This document shows, in pieces, positions 29,796 to 39,299 of a stretch of 64,000 nucleotides of DNA. The DNA lies in the IMG/VR virus record IMGVR_UViG_3300031133_000426; one strand, 5' to 3'. The notes below the pieces were generated by a model. That model searched no databases. It saw only the letters and a program-made list of their open reading frames with translations, and was not told the origin of the DNA. Position numbers and translations under genes: made by a program. The DNA is from a virus. How positions within the stretch are numbered: position 1 is the first letter of the stretch; each line of letters starts with the position of its first letter.

Positions 29796-30200
29796 TTATA
29801 ATTTGTCTTGAACCATTGATAGCTGGCGTCTGAATTCAAGTGGATTGGCAATATACTTTATAGGAGCATTTCCGTGGCCTGTTCCTGATACAACAATTGT
29901 ACCAAAGTTTAACATTCTGCCCATTAGTCCTTGATTGACTTGTATACTCTCTACTTTCTTTAAATTAATTTCAATTGTATCTCTTTGAATGAATCCCTTT
30001 TTTGCGATTAACCGTTTGTTGGTTACGGCAAGCTCAGTACATTTTTTTTGTATGTATATACCTATTAAAATAAGAATTCCTACTACCACTGGTATTAGTA
30101 AAATTCCAAATAAATACTGCCAAAAGAAACCCCAGTTACTTAAACTGGCTTCATATTCTATCTTTTCACCATCCATTAAATTATCACTGACGTAACTCAT
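29796..30200 (-). CDS. bacterial PH-domain (YdbS/bPH_2-like) membrane protein
   Basis: One TM, then TELAVTNKRLIAKKGFI...EINLKKVESIQVNQG..GRMLNFGTIVVSGTG. Confidence 0.85.
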   Translation of the reverse strand: MSYVSDNLMDGEKIEYEASLSNWGFFWQYLFGILLIPVVVGILILIGIYIQKKCTELAVTNKRLIAKKGFIQRDTIEINLKKVESIQVNQGLMGRMLNFGTIVVSGTGHGNAPIKYIANPLEFRRQLSMVQDKL

Positions 30201-30288
30201 AGCCTTTCTCCATTATTTCATATACAATACCAAACTTTATCTTTTTTTCAAGAACATTTGCCTTTTTTCTATTTTTCAAAAATATTTC

Positions 30289-30335
30289 TTGACCATAAAT
30301 GTGTTTTTTGATATTATAGACACATCAAAACGAAG
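30289..30335 (+). promoter_or_regulatory. representative sigma70-type early promoter with conserved initial-transcribed motif
   Basis: TTGACC-17nt-TATTAT-AGACAC-ATCAAAACGAAGC; same layout at 33408, 41901, 55490, 56070, 59149. Confidence 0.85.
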
Positions 30336-30360
30336 CAACCAACCTTTTCGGAGATACACC

Positions 30361-30795
30361 ATGACCCAAGTTACCGCTCTCGAACGTGCTGTTATCCGCA
30401 ACATCGTTGTTGCTCAATCGGTTGAAGTTCTCATCAAATCCATCAGCTTGGGGCCAGAATCTGTAAAAGATACTCAAGTTAACGCTGTCCTTCTTAACTT
30501 GAAAAAGAAAGGCTTGGTAGTGGTTGTTGCTCATGTTGTAGCTTTGACCGACGAAGGTAAAGCTGTTCATGACCGCGAGTTCCCTGTCGCCAAAGACCTT
30601 GAGACTCTTCGCCATGAAAGCAATCTTGAACTGAACAAAGAACGTCCAATGTCGGTCGAAGAACTGGTACTGACCAATCGCCTGATTGATGTTCGCAAAG
30701 CGGCCCATAAAATCGACATCATGCTCGAAAATCTGCGTTTGTCGCTGATTGCCGAAGAAGTCGTTGATAATGCCGTTGCCGAAATTGCTGCTTGA
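30361..30795 (+). CDS. MTQVT family, possible winged-helix protein
   Basis: QVNAVLLNLKKKGLV...LTDEG wHTH-like; strong similarity to 56142. Confidence 0.75.
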   Translation: MTQVTALERAVIRNIVVAQSVEVLIKSISLGPESVKDTQVNAVLLNLKKKGLVVVVAHVVALTDEGKAVHDREFPVAKDLETLRHESNLELNKERPMSVEELVLTNRLIDVRKAAHKIDIMLENLRLSLIAEEVVDNAVAEIAA

Positions 30796-30826
30796 TTGCA
30801 GTCTTAACTTTACAAGGAATAATTAA

Positions 30827-31012
30827 ATGTCTAAATCCCGTACCGTTGTTGATTCTATTGGTATCATGCATGACCGCGATGGTCTCAGTATTGAAGAACT
30901 CAGGATTTTTGTAAAAAATACAGAAGGTCTTTCGGGTGTTATTGAACGTAACGACTCCCAATCCGATCACGAATATGTTACTTTTGATTTTGTTATTTAT
31001 GAAGACGAGTAA
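30827..31012 (+). CDS. small acidic protein
   Basis: AAGGA SD; TACG-loop terminator. Confidence 0.65.
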   Translation: MSKSRTVVDSIGIMHDRDGLSIEELRIFVKNTEGLSGVIERNDSQSDHEYVTFDFVIYEDE

Positions 31013-31310
31013 CTGTCACACCACTATATAAATGGGCTACGGCCCATTTTTTTTGTCCTGAAATTTTTTTGTGGCAATATTGTAGTTGATATATTATTAC
31101 ACCAATAGAAAAACCGGAGCACTAGATATTGGGCAACCAAGTTCTCTTTGTCATTTAACAGGCCCTTAGTAGTTTTTTACATAAACCCGTTGGCGTTTTA
31201 TCATAAAACGGATATTTGTAAAAAAACTCAGAAATGGTTGAATAAACTATTGGCATAGCGGCAAGCTCTTGGTATAATTACCACACATAAACAGAGACGG
31301 AGAGACACCC

Positions 31311-31661
31311 ATGACCACTACATCAGTTGCGGTTGAACAAGCAATTCGCACCGTTCAAGATCTTCCTGAATCTCTTAACATGCTTCGTCAAAAAATGATT
31401 GAAGACTACAATCGTTCGGGTTTTACCTCTACTTATGATATTGTTTTTGAATTTGGCAAAAAATATGTGCGTATTGTACATCTTCGTGGCCAAGATCAGC
31501 GTAGCTGTGCAGGCTTTGTAGTCTGCGACAACAAGCACAAAGAATTTGCCTTGGGCACGTTGTTGAAAGCCGCTAGCTGGAAAGCTCCTGCCACCAATAA
31601 AGCTCGTGGGAATGTCTTTGAGTTGGAAGGCAAGCAGATTGCTTGGACCGGCATCCAGTAA
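31311..31661 (+). CDS. conserved-type phage hypothetical protein
   Basis: KYVRIV...LLKAASWKAPA...RGNVF signature; GGAG SD. Confidence 0.75.
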   Translation: MTTTSVAVEQAIRTVQDLPESLNMLRQKMIEDYNRSGFTSTYDIVFEFGKKYVRIVHLRGQDQRSCAGFVVCDNKHKEFALGTLLKAASWKAPATNKARGNVFELEGKQIAWTGIQ

Positions 31662-31763
31662 GATATCTGTTAAAAGGGCTGAAGCCCTTTTTTATGACAT
31701 AAACATTTACAAAAATAACATTTTCATATATAATAATTTCAACCAAACAGTCGGAGTCTTTTC

Positions 31764-32102
31764 ATGTCACAGATCATTAATGACACTATCAAAAAGCAAA
31801 AAATTGAACAGCATATTTCCCTAGTCCAGCAAATCACCGATTGCCGTTCATTGGGTGAAGTTCAATCGTTGTTGAACTCCCTGATCAGTGATTATGGTGT
31901 TGATGCAGGTATCAACTTTGATTCTGGTTATAACAACATCTCAGAAAATATTGTTTTGCTTCGTGAAGAAACGGATGCAGAATATAACGTCCGTATTGAT
32001 AAAGAACTTGATTCTTTGATCAAAAAAGAAAAGAAGCACCAGCAAGTTTCTGATGCATTGACCTCTCAAATCGAGGCTTTTAAAGCGGCTAAAATTCAAT
32101 AA
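31764..32102 (+). CDS. hypothetical protein
   Basis: GGAG SD. Confidence 0.7.
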   Translation: MSQIINDTIKKQKIEQHISLVQQITDCRSLGEVQSLLNSLISDYGVDAGINFDSGYNNISENIVLLREETDAEYNVRIDKELDSLIKKEKKHQQVSDALTSQIEAFKAAKIQ

Positions 32103-32117
32103 TTCATTTTATAGTGG

Positions 32118-32606
32118 GTGGTTTATATGAAAACTTCTTTTTGGACCGTTTATTTCAAAAATTTGACCACTATCTTTCGAGCCGATATTATTTTTATATC
32201 TCTTATTCTTATTGTTGTCGCAACCACACCGATTGGTGTTCGTTTTCTGGTTTGGTATAATACCAAAGTTCCAGCATCGTTGGTAAGTAAAGATCCTGTT
32301 GCTTATCCGCACCAGTATAAGCAAAAAGTAGAATATCGTTATTATGCTGATTTCTATTTTGAAGAAATTAAAGGCATTAAACGAATTGAAATTGCGGATT
32401 CAACCCATGCTCATGCAAAAAATGGAGATGTTTATCTGTTTGCCCGCAGTCATAAACTTCAAACTGGTTTCTATAATGCCGTTATGATTGCCTCTGTTAT
32501 TCAATTTTCCTGTGCTATTATTTTTATAGTTGCTTTGCTCTGTCATTTCGTCAGTCTATTAAATACACATTTCAGCGTTAGGAATAAACCATACGATTGC
32601 TACTAA
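32118..32606 (+). CDS. membrane protein (2 TM)
   Basis: Two hydrophobic segments. Confidence 0.65.
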   Translation: MVYMKTSFWTVYFKNLTTIFRADIIFISLILIVVATTPIGVRFLVWYNTKVPASLVSKDPVAYPHQYKQKVEYRYYADFYFEEIKGIKRIEIADSTHAHAKNGDVYLFARSHKLQTGFYNAVMIASVIQFSCAIIFIVALLCHFVSLLNTHFSVRNKPYDCY

Positions 32607-32663
32607 ATGGTAGACTTATTGATAATTGTGTGTTATCATTATGTCAATTAGGAGAACATCAAA

Positions 32664-33032
32664 ATGTCCAAAAAAATTACAAATTTACTTTTTTTCAGTT
32701 CCAATGGTCTTCTGATTCATACCGTCTCAGATGTTGAACATGTATCTGCTCGGGATTCTTATAAAAAAGATGATAAACCATTGGTTTTGATCTCGGCCTA
32801 TTTTGTAGTTGAAACAATAGATCCTGAAAGAGTTATTCCAGAAGACAAAGTGGCTAACCTAACTGCTTTCTTTTTTCAACATAAAGTTATTGACGATGTT
32901 GAAGGCTACTACTGGAATGGTGGTGGGCACTCTTCCGAGGCCCTTATTTTTAAAAACCCCCATGGCCCCGGAACTGTTGTCTGGACACTGCGTAAGGATA
33001 TGTACAAACTGCTAACAGTCATTCAATCTTGA
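32664..33032 (+). CDS. hypothetical protein
   Basis: AGGAG SD. Confidence 0.7.
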   Translation: MSKKITNLLFFSSNGLLIHTVSDVEHVSARDSYKKDDKPLVLISAYFVVETIDPERVIPEDKVANLTAFFFQHKVIDDVEGYYWNGGGHSSEALIFKNPHGPGTVVWTLRKDMYKLLTVIQS

Positions 33033-33090
33033 ACTGACTGTTTTACTTTGTTGTATCATGAATAAACTGCTATCAATGGAGCCATGAATT

Positions 33091-33387
33091 ATGCAACCAA
33101 TGACCAAAAATGATGTTGGTGACAAAATCAAAAATCGTGAATTTCCTGCATTTGTTATTCAAGCCTTTAACGAATGTATCGAAGAAGCAAAAATCAATCA
33201 TAGCTCAGACGTTATGCAAAATGATGTTATTGAACGTATTATGAAACTTTCTGATTCGACCCGTAATCAGATTTTTGAAAATCACTGGCTGGACATTGAA
33301 GACACTTTTCGTAAAGCTGGGTGGCAAGTGTCTTATTACAAACCCAATTACAATGAATCTGAACCAGCCTACTTCACTTTTACTTAA
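33091..33387 (+). CDS. conserved-type phage hypothetical protein
   Basis: FVIQAFNECI...IFENHWLDIEDTFRKAGW...KPNYNES. Confidence 0.7.
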   Translation: MQPMTKNDVGDKIKNREFPAFVIQAFNECIEEAKINHSSDVMQNDVIERIMKLSDSTRNQIFENHWLDIEDTFRKAGWQVSYYKPNYNESEPAYFTFT

Positions 33388-33489
33388 ATAGCTGTATTCA
33401 AAAAAGCTTTACAGATTTGTACCGTTTTGCTATACTTATCCCATCAAAACGAAACACCATATTAAATCAAAATGTTAGGAGTTACAACT

Positions 33490-33624
33490 ATGCAAGGTTC
33501 TTTCGGTGATACTCGTGAAGCTTTTCGTGGCAATAAAAAGAAAGATTCAGTGAATGCCCAATATCACAAAAAAGATCGAGCTTTTCGTGATAAACGTCGC
33601 CATCGCCATCAAGATGCAGATTGA
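33490..33624 (+). CDS. basic microprotein MQGS...RHQDAD, copy 1 (44 aa)
   Basis: AGGAG SD, own promoter and terminator; two paralogs in window. Confidence 0.8.
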   Translation: MQGSFGDTREAFRGNKKKDSVNAQYHKKDRAFRDKRRHRHQDAD

Positions 33625-33741
33625 TAACATCTTACCAAAAAAAGTCCTTAACTGGGCTTTTTTTATCTCTTGAAAAAACGTTGACTAAAAATCTTTTTTT
33701 TGATAAAATAAACACACAAAATTTATACAGGACTTACCTCG

Positions 33742-33933
33742 ATGAAAGATTTCAAAGTAAAAGTAGTCAAGCCTGCTGATGGTTTCAACAAAGCTCTGAA
33801 AGAAGGCTTTGCCGTCAACACCCATGATTGTTCACCATCTGAGTTGTGGCTTTGCATGCCACACCGTGAAACTCTCGTTAACATGGTAAATCACTTTGGC
33901 TGGACAACTGTTTCCGATATTGTTGAGTGTTAA
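33742..33933 (+). CDS. hypothetical protein
   Basis: AGGA SD, own promoter. Confidence 0.65.
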   Translation: MKDFKVKVVKPADGFNKALKEGFAVNTHDCSPSELWLCMPHRETLVNMVNHFGWTTVSDIVEC

Positions 33934-34013
33934 AAATTTTCAATAAATCTTGTTTTTGATGTAGGATTGTATTATAATACAGTCATCAACCAACAAATAT
34001 CGAAGGATTTAAA

Positions 34014-34211
34014 ATGCATACTCGCCATACTCTCCATTTGACAACTAGCCAATTTTCCATGATTGGGACTCTTTTGTCTTCGGCTGGCCAAGATAAATCC
34101 GATGCCGCCTTGATTGAAGAGATGGTTGGCAAAGGCATTCGTCGTTACCCTGCAGAACAAATGGTAAAACAACGTACTCGTTTTCAAGAAAGCAAATCTG
34201 CTTCATTTTGA
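34014..34211 (+). CDS. hypothetical protein
   Basis: AAGGA SD. Confidence 0.6.
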   Translation: MHTRHTLHLTTSQFSMIGTLLSSAGQDKSDAALIEEMVGKGIRRYPAEQMVKQRTRFQESKSASF

Positions 34212-34282
34212 ACATTTTTGTTGCCCGCATCGCTCAATCTTGATATAATAGTCCTACTTAAACCCATCAAGGATTTACCGCC

Positions 34283-34687
34283 ATGAACCAGAATCATATT
34301 GCTCTTATCGTCGGTGCTGTTATCGCGGCTGTCAACAACCTCGAAAAAAATATGCACCTGTTGGATAGTGTGACTTCTGTTGAAGATCGTGCTCAGGCAA
34401 TGAACTCGCATATTGCCAACGAACATAAAGGTGTTGTAGCTCGCCTTGATGTGATTGTTAGTAAACTACGCTCTGCTCAACATGGCAGTATTGAGAATCT
34501 GCAAATGGACACCTACCAAATGTTCAGCATTTTCAAGGCCGTCAACGAAAATATCGGTGAACTGGAAAAAGCTCAGTCCTATTTCTGTCAGATGGGTAAT
34601 ACTGAACAACTGGTTGCAAGCTTTCAAGAAAAAATTGCTGGCCTTCATTTTGCAATGTTTGAATTCAATAAAATTCAAAATAGCTAA
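34283..34687 (+). CDS. coiled-coil hypothetical protein
   Basis: AAGGA SD; terminator downstream. Confidence 0.7.
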   Translation: MNQNHIALIVGAVIAAVNNLEKNMHLLDSVTSVEDRAQAMNSHIANEHKGVVARLDVIVSKLRSAQHGSIENLQMDTYQMFSIFKAVNENIGELEKAQSYFCQMGNTEQLVASFQEKIAGLHFAMFEFNKIQNS

Positions 34688-34821
34688 TCGATTATTCTCA
34701 GCACCAAAAGTGCTATTTTCAGAAGAGAGATCCACAAGATCTCTCTTTTTTCTGTGTGTTACTTCTGTTGATCTTTTTAGTTATATATGTTATGATCATG
34801 ATTAGTTCGGAGATATCCTTT

Positions 34822-35043
34822 ATGCCAGATTTCGATCATTCCAAATGTGTCAACCCTATTCGAGAATTTGTATTTCTAGGCTATTTTTTTCATGTCCAAA
34901 AAGCTACTACTTGGTGGAATTTTACTTATGCCGATGGGACAGAAAGAATTTCTTTTTTTAATATCTCACTAATGAAGAAGGGGCACTTGATTGCCCATCA
35001 GTGGATTATCTTCAAATACTCCATTACCTTTAAAAAGAAATAA
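34822..35043 (+). CDS. hypothetical protein
   Basis: GGAG SD before MPDF. Confidence 0.55.
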   Translation: MPDFDHSKCVNPIREFVFLGYFFHVQKATTWWNFTYADGTERISFFNISLMKKGHLIAHQWIIFKYSITFKKK

Positions 35044-35057
35044 GAATAGCAATATTC

Positions 35058-35297
35058 TTACAGATTTCTTTCTATTCTTAACTTCTCTCTGAGTTCTCTT
35101 AACTTAATAATATTATCTTTATTATTTTCAAATAGATTCTGCAGTTCTCTATCTTTAACAAAAACAAATATATCACTTTTATATAACCCAAATCCCAACA
35201 CTAATCCCGCTATTGTTGCTAATAATATAGCCTTTATTGCATCTGATCTACTTTCTGTTAATTCTTTCCTGTAAATTGCAGTAATTGCATTTTCCAT
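35058..35297 (-). CDS. small membrane protein
   Basis: One TM; AT-rich. Confidence 0.55.
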   Translation of the reverse strand: MENAITAIYRKELTESRSDAIKAILLATIAGLVLGFGLYKSDIFVFVKDRELQNLFENNKDNIIKLRELREKLRIERNL

Positions 35298-35357
35298 CTT
35301 CGGTTGCCTATTTTACCGCTTTATGTTATAATTCAACACTGCCTTACGGAGAACATT

Positions 35358-35612
35358 ATGAAAACTGTCACTGTCATGACTCTTATTGCATTGTTGGCTG
35401 TTCCTCAGTTGGCCGTTGCACAGCCTGATCCTGTCAAGTTGCGTTGGACCAGTCGGGGACTTGATGTTTCTTCTCCACAATATTCCTATCAATCTCGCCA
35501 GTTGAACTCTCAAATACGTGATTACCAAAACAGGCCAGCCAAAGAAATACGTAAAGGGTTCCGTTTGGTTGATAAAAAAGTCAATACTTATCTGAAAAAT
35601 TTATTCAAGTAA
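35358..35612 (+). CDS. small exported protein
   Basis: MKTVTVMTLIALLAVPQLAVA signal peptide; GGAG SD. Confidence 0.65.
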   Translation: MKTVTVMTLIALLAVPQLAVAQPDPVKLRWTSRGLDVSSPQYSYQSRQLNSQIRDYQNRPAKEIRKGFRLVDKKVNTYLKNLFK

Positions 35613-35697
35613 TCTATTTTCTATAAGGATTCTTTTGATTGTTTTCAAACTTGAAATTTGGTATAATGAAACCATCATTTAGAAAAGGTTCATAATC

Positions 35698-36138
35698 ATG
35701 TCCAATACCACTCAATCTCACTCGGTACAGTTTTGGAATGATCAAGATGTTGTTGATCTTATTGATGAGTTGGAACAGGCACTTGATATGATGGAACCTT
35801 ATTATGCTCAAAATAATGGCGGCAGAAGTGGTTATGACCTTTTGCAGCGTTTGCTTGTTAAAAAGAACGCCCTGATTCCTTTCACTGCCACGGTTGAGAA
35901 ACCTATCGCTTGTGCAATCTGTCAGGCCACTTTCAGAAAATCGGCAACTAAGAAAAATAAGTTACTGACGACTCAACAGCAATACAGTTCGGCTCTCGAT
36001 CACCTGTTGAATGTTCATCATATCACTGACACTGCTGTCAAAAGAGCATCATTGATTCCAGCACAACAAGTTTTGCACACCTTTAAGAGCCGTAATGAAT
36101 ACGATGATTACATGGCTGGGGGCAGCGTTCAATTTTAA
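35698..36138 (+). CDS. protein with C2H2-like motif
   Basis: CAICQATF...HLLNVH. Confidence 0.6.
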   Translation: MSNTTQSHSVQFWNDQDVVDLIDELEQALDMMEPYYAQNNGGRSGYDLLQRLLVKKNALIPFTATVEKPIACAICQATFRKSATKKNKLLTTQQQYSSALDHLLNVHHITDTAVKRASLIPAQQVLHTFKSRNEYDDYMAGGSVQF

Positions 36139-36200
36139 ACTGCTTGATAAAAAATGCGAATTTTGGTATAATTACTTCACACAACCAAACGGTGTTTATC

Positions 36201-36518
36201 ATGAAAAACATAGCTAGCCTTATCTCTCATTTTTTTAAAAAACCTTGTGCATTGGTTACTGATGAGACAGCACCGTCAGAAACTAGCCAGAATTTTCGTG
36301 ACTTTTCCTATCATGAAGCTTTCTATATGCACAAGCCTTTTCGACTTCGCAATGGAATGCCATTTAAAATAATTTCTCTTGACTACAAAAGAGAAAATGA
36401 TTCTGAGACTTATGTCTTGACTCATATTGAAGGACATGAGTTGCCCACTTGCTATTACACTGATGGCATTGCCAATGAACTTGAATTGTCTGGCTATGAC
36501 TTGGTGATGGTTGATTAA
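36201..36518 (+). CDS. hypothetical protein
   Basis: Promoter; terminator after stop. Confidence 0.65.
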   Translation: MKNIASLISHFFKKPCALVTDETAPSETSQNFRDFSYHEAFYMHKPFRLRNGMPFKIISLDYKRENDSETYVLTHIEGHELPTCYYTDGIANELELSGYDLVMVD

Positions 36519-36600
36519 ATAATAAAATGGGAACTCTGGTTCCCGTTTTTGTTTTTTTATCTTGTTTACGATATAATAACATGTCATTACAGAGGCTATT

Positions 36601-36942
36601 ATGAATACTTCATCCCAGTGTATCTCTTTTTCAGTTTTTTCTAGTTTGTATGACTTTACAACTAGCTATCTTAACTCAGAATTTCTCAAGGACAGATTAA
36701 CCGCTGATGCTTTTTTGGTAGGTGTCAACCTTATTACAGTCATCTCTACCAAGCTTGCAGCCGCTGGTGTTTACAACAAAGTAACGCTTACCAAAAAAGA
36801 GTTTGATTTTCTAAAAGATCTTTTTATCATGATGAAATCGGACTGTAAACAACCTGTCACACGTATTATTCATAAAGAAAACGCAAGCGAGTATTATGAT
36901 TTATTTTTTAAAGATTTGGAAAAGAACATTAATATTCATTAG
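36601..36942 (+). CDS. hypothetical protein
   Basis: GAGG SD. Confidence 0.65.
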   Translation: MNTSSQCISFSVFSSLYDFTTSYLNSEFLKDRLTADAFLVGVNLITVISTKLAAAGVYNKVTLTKKEFDFLKDLFIMMKSDCKQPVTRIIHKENASEYYDLFFKDLEKNINIH

Positions 36943-37083
36943 TATTAAAATATAATCTATCTTTTGATATCTCGCCATAAATCCTCTTCATGAGGATTTT
37001 TTTATAGCTCATTTTATAATTTGGAGATGAAAAAAAACCCCATTAATATGAGGCTTTTAGTTAAACTTTCAATAATACAATTA

Positions 37084-37236
37084 TTATTTATCCCAGAGTT
37101 CTCCAAAATCAGGCTCATAATCTAGTTCGAGATTATTGTTACATGAAAACAAGTCCTGACTTGAAACCTCCGAAAAATCTTGTTCAATAATAGAAATATT
37201 CATTTCAGACAGACTGCATTCAACATCAAGGATCAT
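37084..37236 (-). CDS. 50-aa acidic peptide
   Basis: MILDVECSLSEMNISIIEQDFSEVSSQDLFSCNNNLELDYEPDFGELWDK; terminator ~37035-37058. Confidence 0.4.
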   Translation of the reverse strand: MILDVECSLSEMNISIIEQDFSEVSSQDLFSCNNNLELDYEPDFGELWDK

Positions 37237-37327
37237 GAGTTAACTCTTGTCTAATGGAAGACAGCCAGAATATCATCATTAGACTTTTTTATCAACTCCA
37301 AAAATTCATGAATTTACAAAAAATGAA

Positions 37328-37681
37328 TTGAATACGAAATTTTATTTTGATATAATTCCTTATCTTTTTATTATTATGGGAATTTTTGAGATGATCAATA
37401 TTGATATTATTTATGACCAACCTAATCTAGTAGAAATAACTCCTTATCAATTTAATGCTTTTCTGTTTTACTGGGCACGCAATAAAGATCAATTTCCAGA
37501 TGAACTTTCAACGTGTGATTATACATCTGATGCTTCAGGTATTATTTTGCAGACTGCTGAACGTTGTTTGTTAATTTACCCTAGTTATCCTGACCAACGC
37601 TGGTATCATCCTAAAATTGATACTGATTTGTGGTCACTTTTCAAACAGCTAGCTCCAGAAAAAGCAGCACCTGTCTTGTAA
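37328..37681 (+). CDS. hypothetical protein
   Basis: ORF; likely start near 37391. Confidence 0.55.
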   Translation: MNTKFYFDIIPYLFIIMGIFEMINIDIIYDQPNLVEITPYQFNAFLFYWARNKDQFPDELSTCDYTSDASGIILQTAERCLLIYPSYPDQRWYHPKIDTDLWSLFKQLAPEKAAPVL

Positions 37682-37767
37682 ATAATGTTGTTTTTAATAG
37701 GTGGAGATGTTATAATTGCTCTATCAAAACTAAACAAACATCTTGTTCAAGACCAATCGAGATTACT

Positions 37768-38169
37768 ATGACCGCACTTATCGCTAGCGACAAAATCAAG
37801 CTTCCAGAAGGTCAAGAAGGCAACCCCTGTGTTGGCTGTGGAGCTTGCTGTGCATTCTTTCGAGCTTCTTTCCACTGGCTTGAATGTGAGTCTGCAGGTG
37901 GCACTGTCCCTGATGATAGCGTTGTTCAAATTTCGCCTCATCTGGTGGCGATGAAAGGAACCGCTAGTGCAACGGCTCCCTACTGCACTAACTTGCGGGG
38001 TGTCATTGGCGAGACAGGCCATTGCGGTGCTTACCAAACTCGTTCTTCGACTTGCCGTGAAGGGTTTCCCGGTTCTTACGAAAATGGTGAAAAAAATGAG
38101 CGTTGTGACAAGGCTCGTGCTAAACATGGCCTTCGTCCACTGGTGGCTTCTGACTGGAAAAGGGCTTGA
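37768..38169 (+). CDS. YkgJ-family Fe-S/Zn Cys-cluster protein
   Basis: NPCVGCGACCAFFR...CTNLRG..G...CGAYQTRSSTCRE. Confidence 0.85.
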   Translation: MTALIASDKIKLPEGQEGNPCVGCGACCAFFRASFHWLECESAGGTVPDDSVVQISPHLVAMKGTASATAPYCTNLRGVIGETGHCGAYQTRSSTCREGFPGSYENGEKNERCDKARAKHGLRPLVASDWKRA

Positions 38170-38295
38170 TGAAGCCATTGTTTGCTGGTCTAATTGTAAC
38201 AATCTCACCTTAATCAATAGACCGCTTCGGCGGTTTTTTGTTGTTTTTGAATACGTTTAAGGGTATAATAGCTCATATTCCAGAGGATGTGCATC

Positions 38296-38664
38296 ATGAA
38301 AACTTTGAATGAAGCTCAAATCAAGAACCAACTGCTTGCTTGTGGTGTGGTCGTCCAAAATATCGCTAGTGAGATGGAATCCATTCTTTCGGCAGATATT
38401 AAGCCTGAACATAAACCATCATTTATTGAAGCAACAGTCAATGCCATTCGCTTGAATTTGGCTGCAGAAGAAAGTGATTTCACTGCAAAAGAAATAGAGC
38501 TTTCTTATTCACCCATGTCACGTTCTATTATCGTATGCAATCAACAGCCTTATATTGTTGACTATTCAGACAAACAAGGAATTCATCTTGTTTCAATGGA
38601 CGGTGAAGAATACGTATATGCAGATATTCAACTCTATCCTGTTATCGGCAAGATTCGCATTTAA
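38296..38664 (+). CDS. hypothetical protein
   Basis: GAGGA SD. Confidence 0.65.
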   Translation: MKTLNEAQIKNQLLACGVVVQNIASEMESILSADIKPEHKPSFIEATVNAIRLNLAAEESDFTAKEIELSYSPMSRSIIVCNQQPYIVDYSDKQGIHLVSMDGEEYVYADIQLYPVIGKIRI

Positions 38665-38693
38665 ACTAAATCTAGTCTAATTGAGATCTTAAA

Positions 38694-39047
38694 ATGAACA
38701 TCGTTTACAAGACAGCTTTCGGTAAAGAACAAATTATTGAATTCTGCAAAATTGCAAAAACTCATCGTCTGTGTATACCCGGATGGAATTTGATTTGTGA
38801 TCTTAATGGCGTTGTTGCTGGCCGGATAAATACTAAGGCAATTGAAATAAGCCTTGCCTATGATGGTGAAACGCCGATTGCAATCGCTTTTAAGATAAAT
38901 ACGACCATTCAGTGTTTTGTTCGTTTGTCATATCGTCGTAGAGGCATTGGATCTCAGGTTATCAAACCGCATCTTGTTGGGAAACTTCGTACACTCTCTG
39001 GTACACAAAATAGTTCTCTTTTCTGGTTGCACAATGGTATCTTTTGA
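38694..39047 (+). CDS. GNAT-family acetyltransferase
   Basis: QCFVRLSYRRRGIGSQVI; paralog of 1-334. Confidence 0.7.
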   Translation: MNIVYKTAFGKEQIIEFCKIAKTHRLCIPGWNLICDLNGVVAGRINTKAIEISLAYDGETPIAIAFKINTTIQCFVRLSYRRRGIGSQVIKPHLVGKLRTLSGTQNSSLFWLHNGIF

Positions 39048-39091
39048 TGCCGATTTTGAAATTGTTAATACCGGACATAACCGCATATTAT

Positions 39092-39179
39092 TTGCATAAA
39101 TGTTATTTTTACGGTATAATAGCTTATCTTATACGGAGAGACACCCATGTCGAAGACCAAGCTTCTATTGAGCAGGTAA
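39092..39179 (+). pseudogene. orphan promoter + SD + 10-codon ORF (decayed cassette)
   Basis: TTTTTACGGTATAAT...ATCTTATACGGAGAGACACCCATGTCGAAG resembles the 28897 cassette head, but stops after MSKTKLLLSR. Confidence 0.45.
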
Positions 39180-39299
39180 GTGGCTGATGAGTGGCAAAAT
39201 TATAAGACAAGCTCTCAATTAAGCATAAAACCCTTGTTTTTGTAATTTTTATTTGTTATACTTAACACCTAAACCAAACCATAGAAGGAAACGAAAAAG

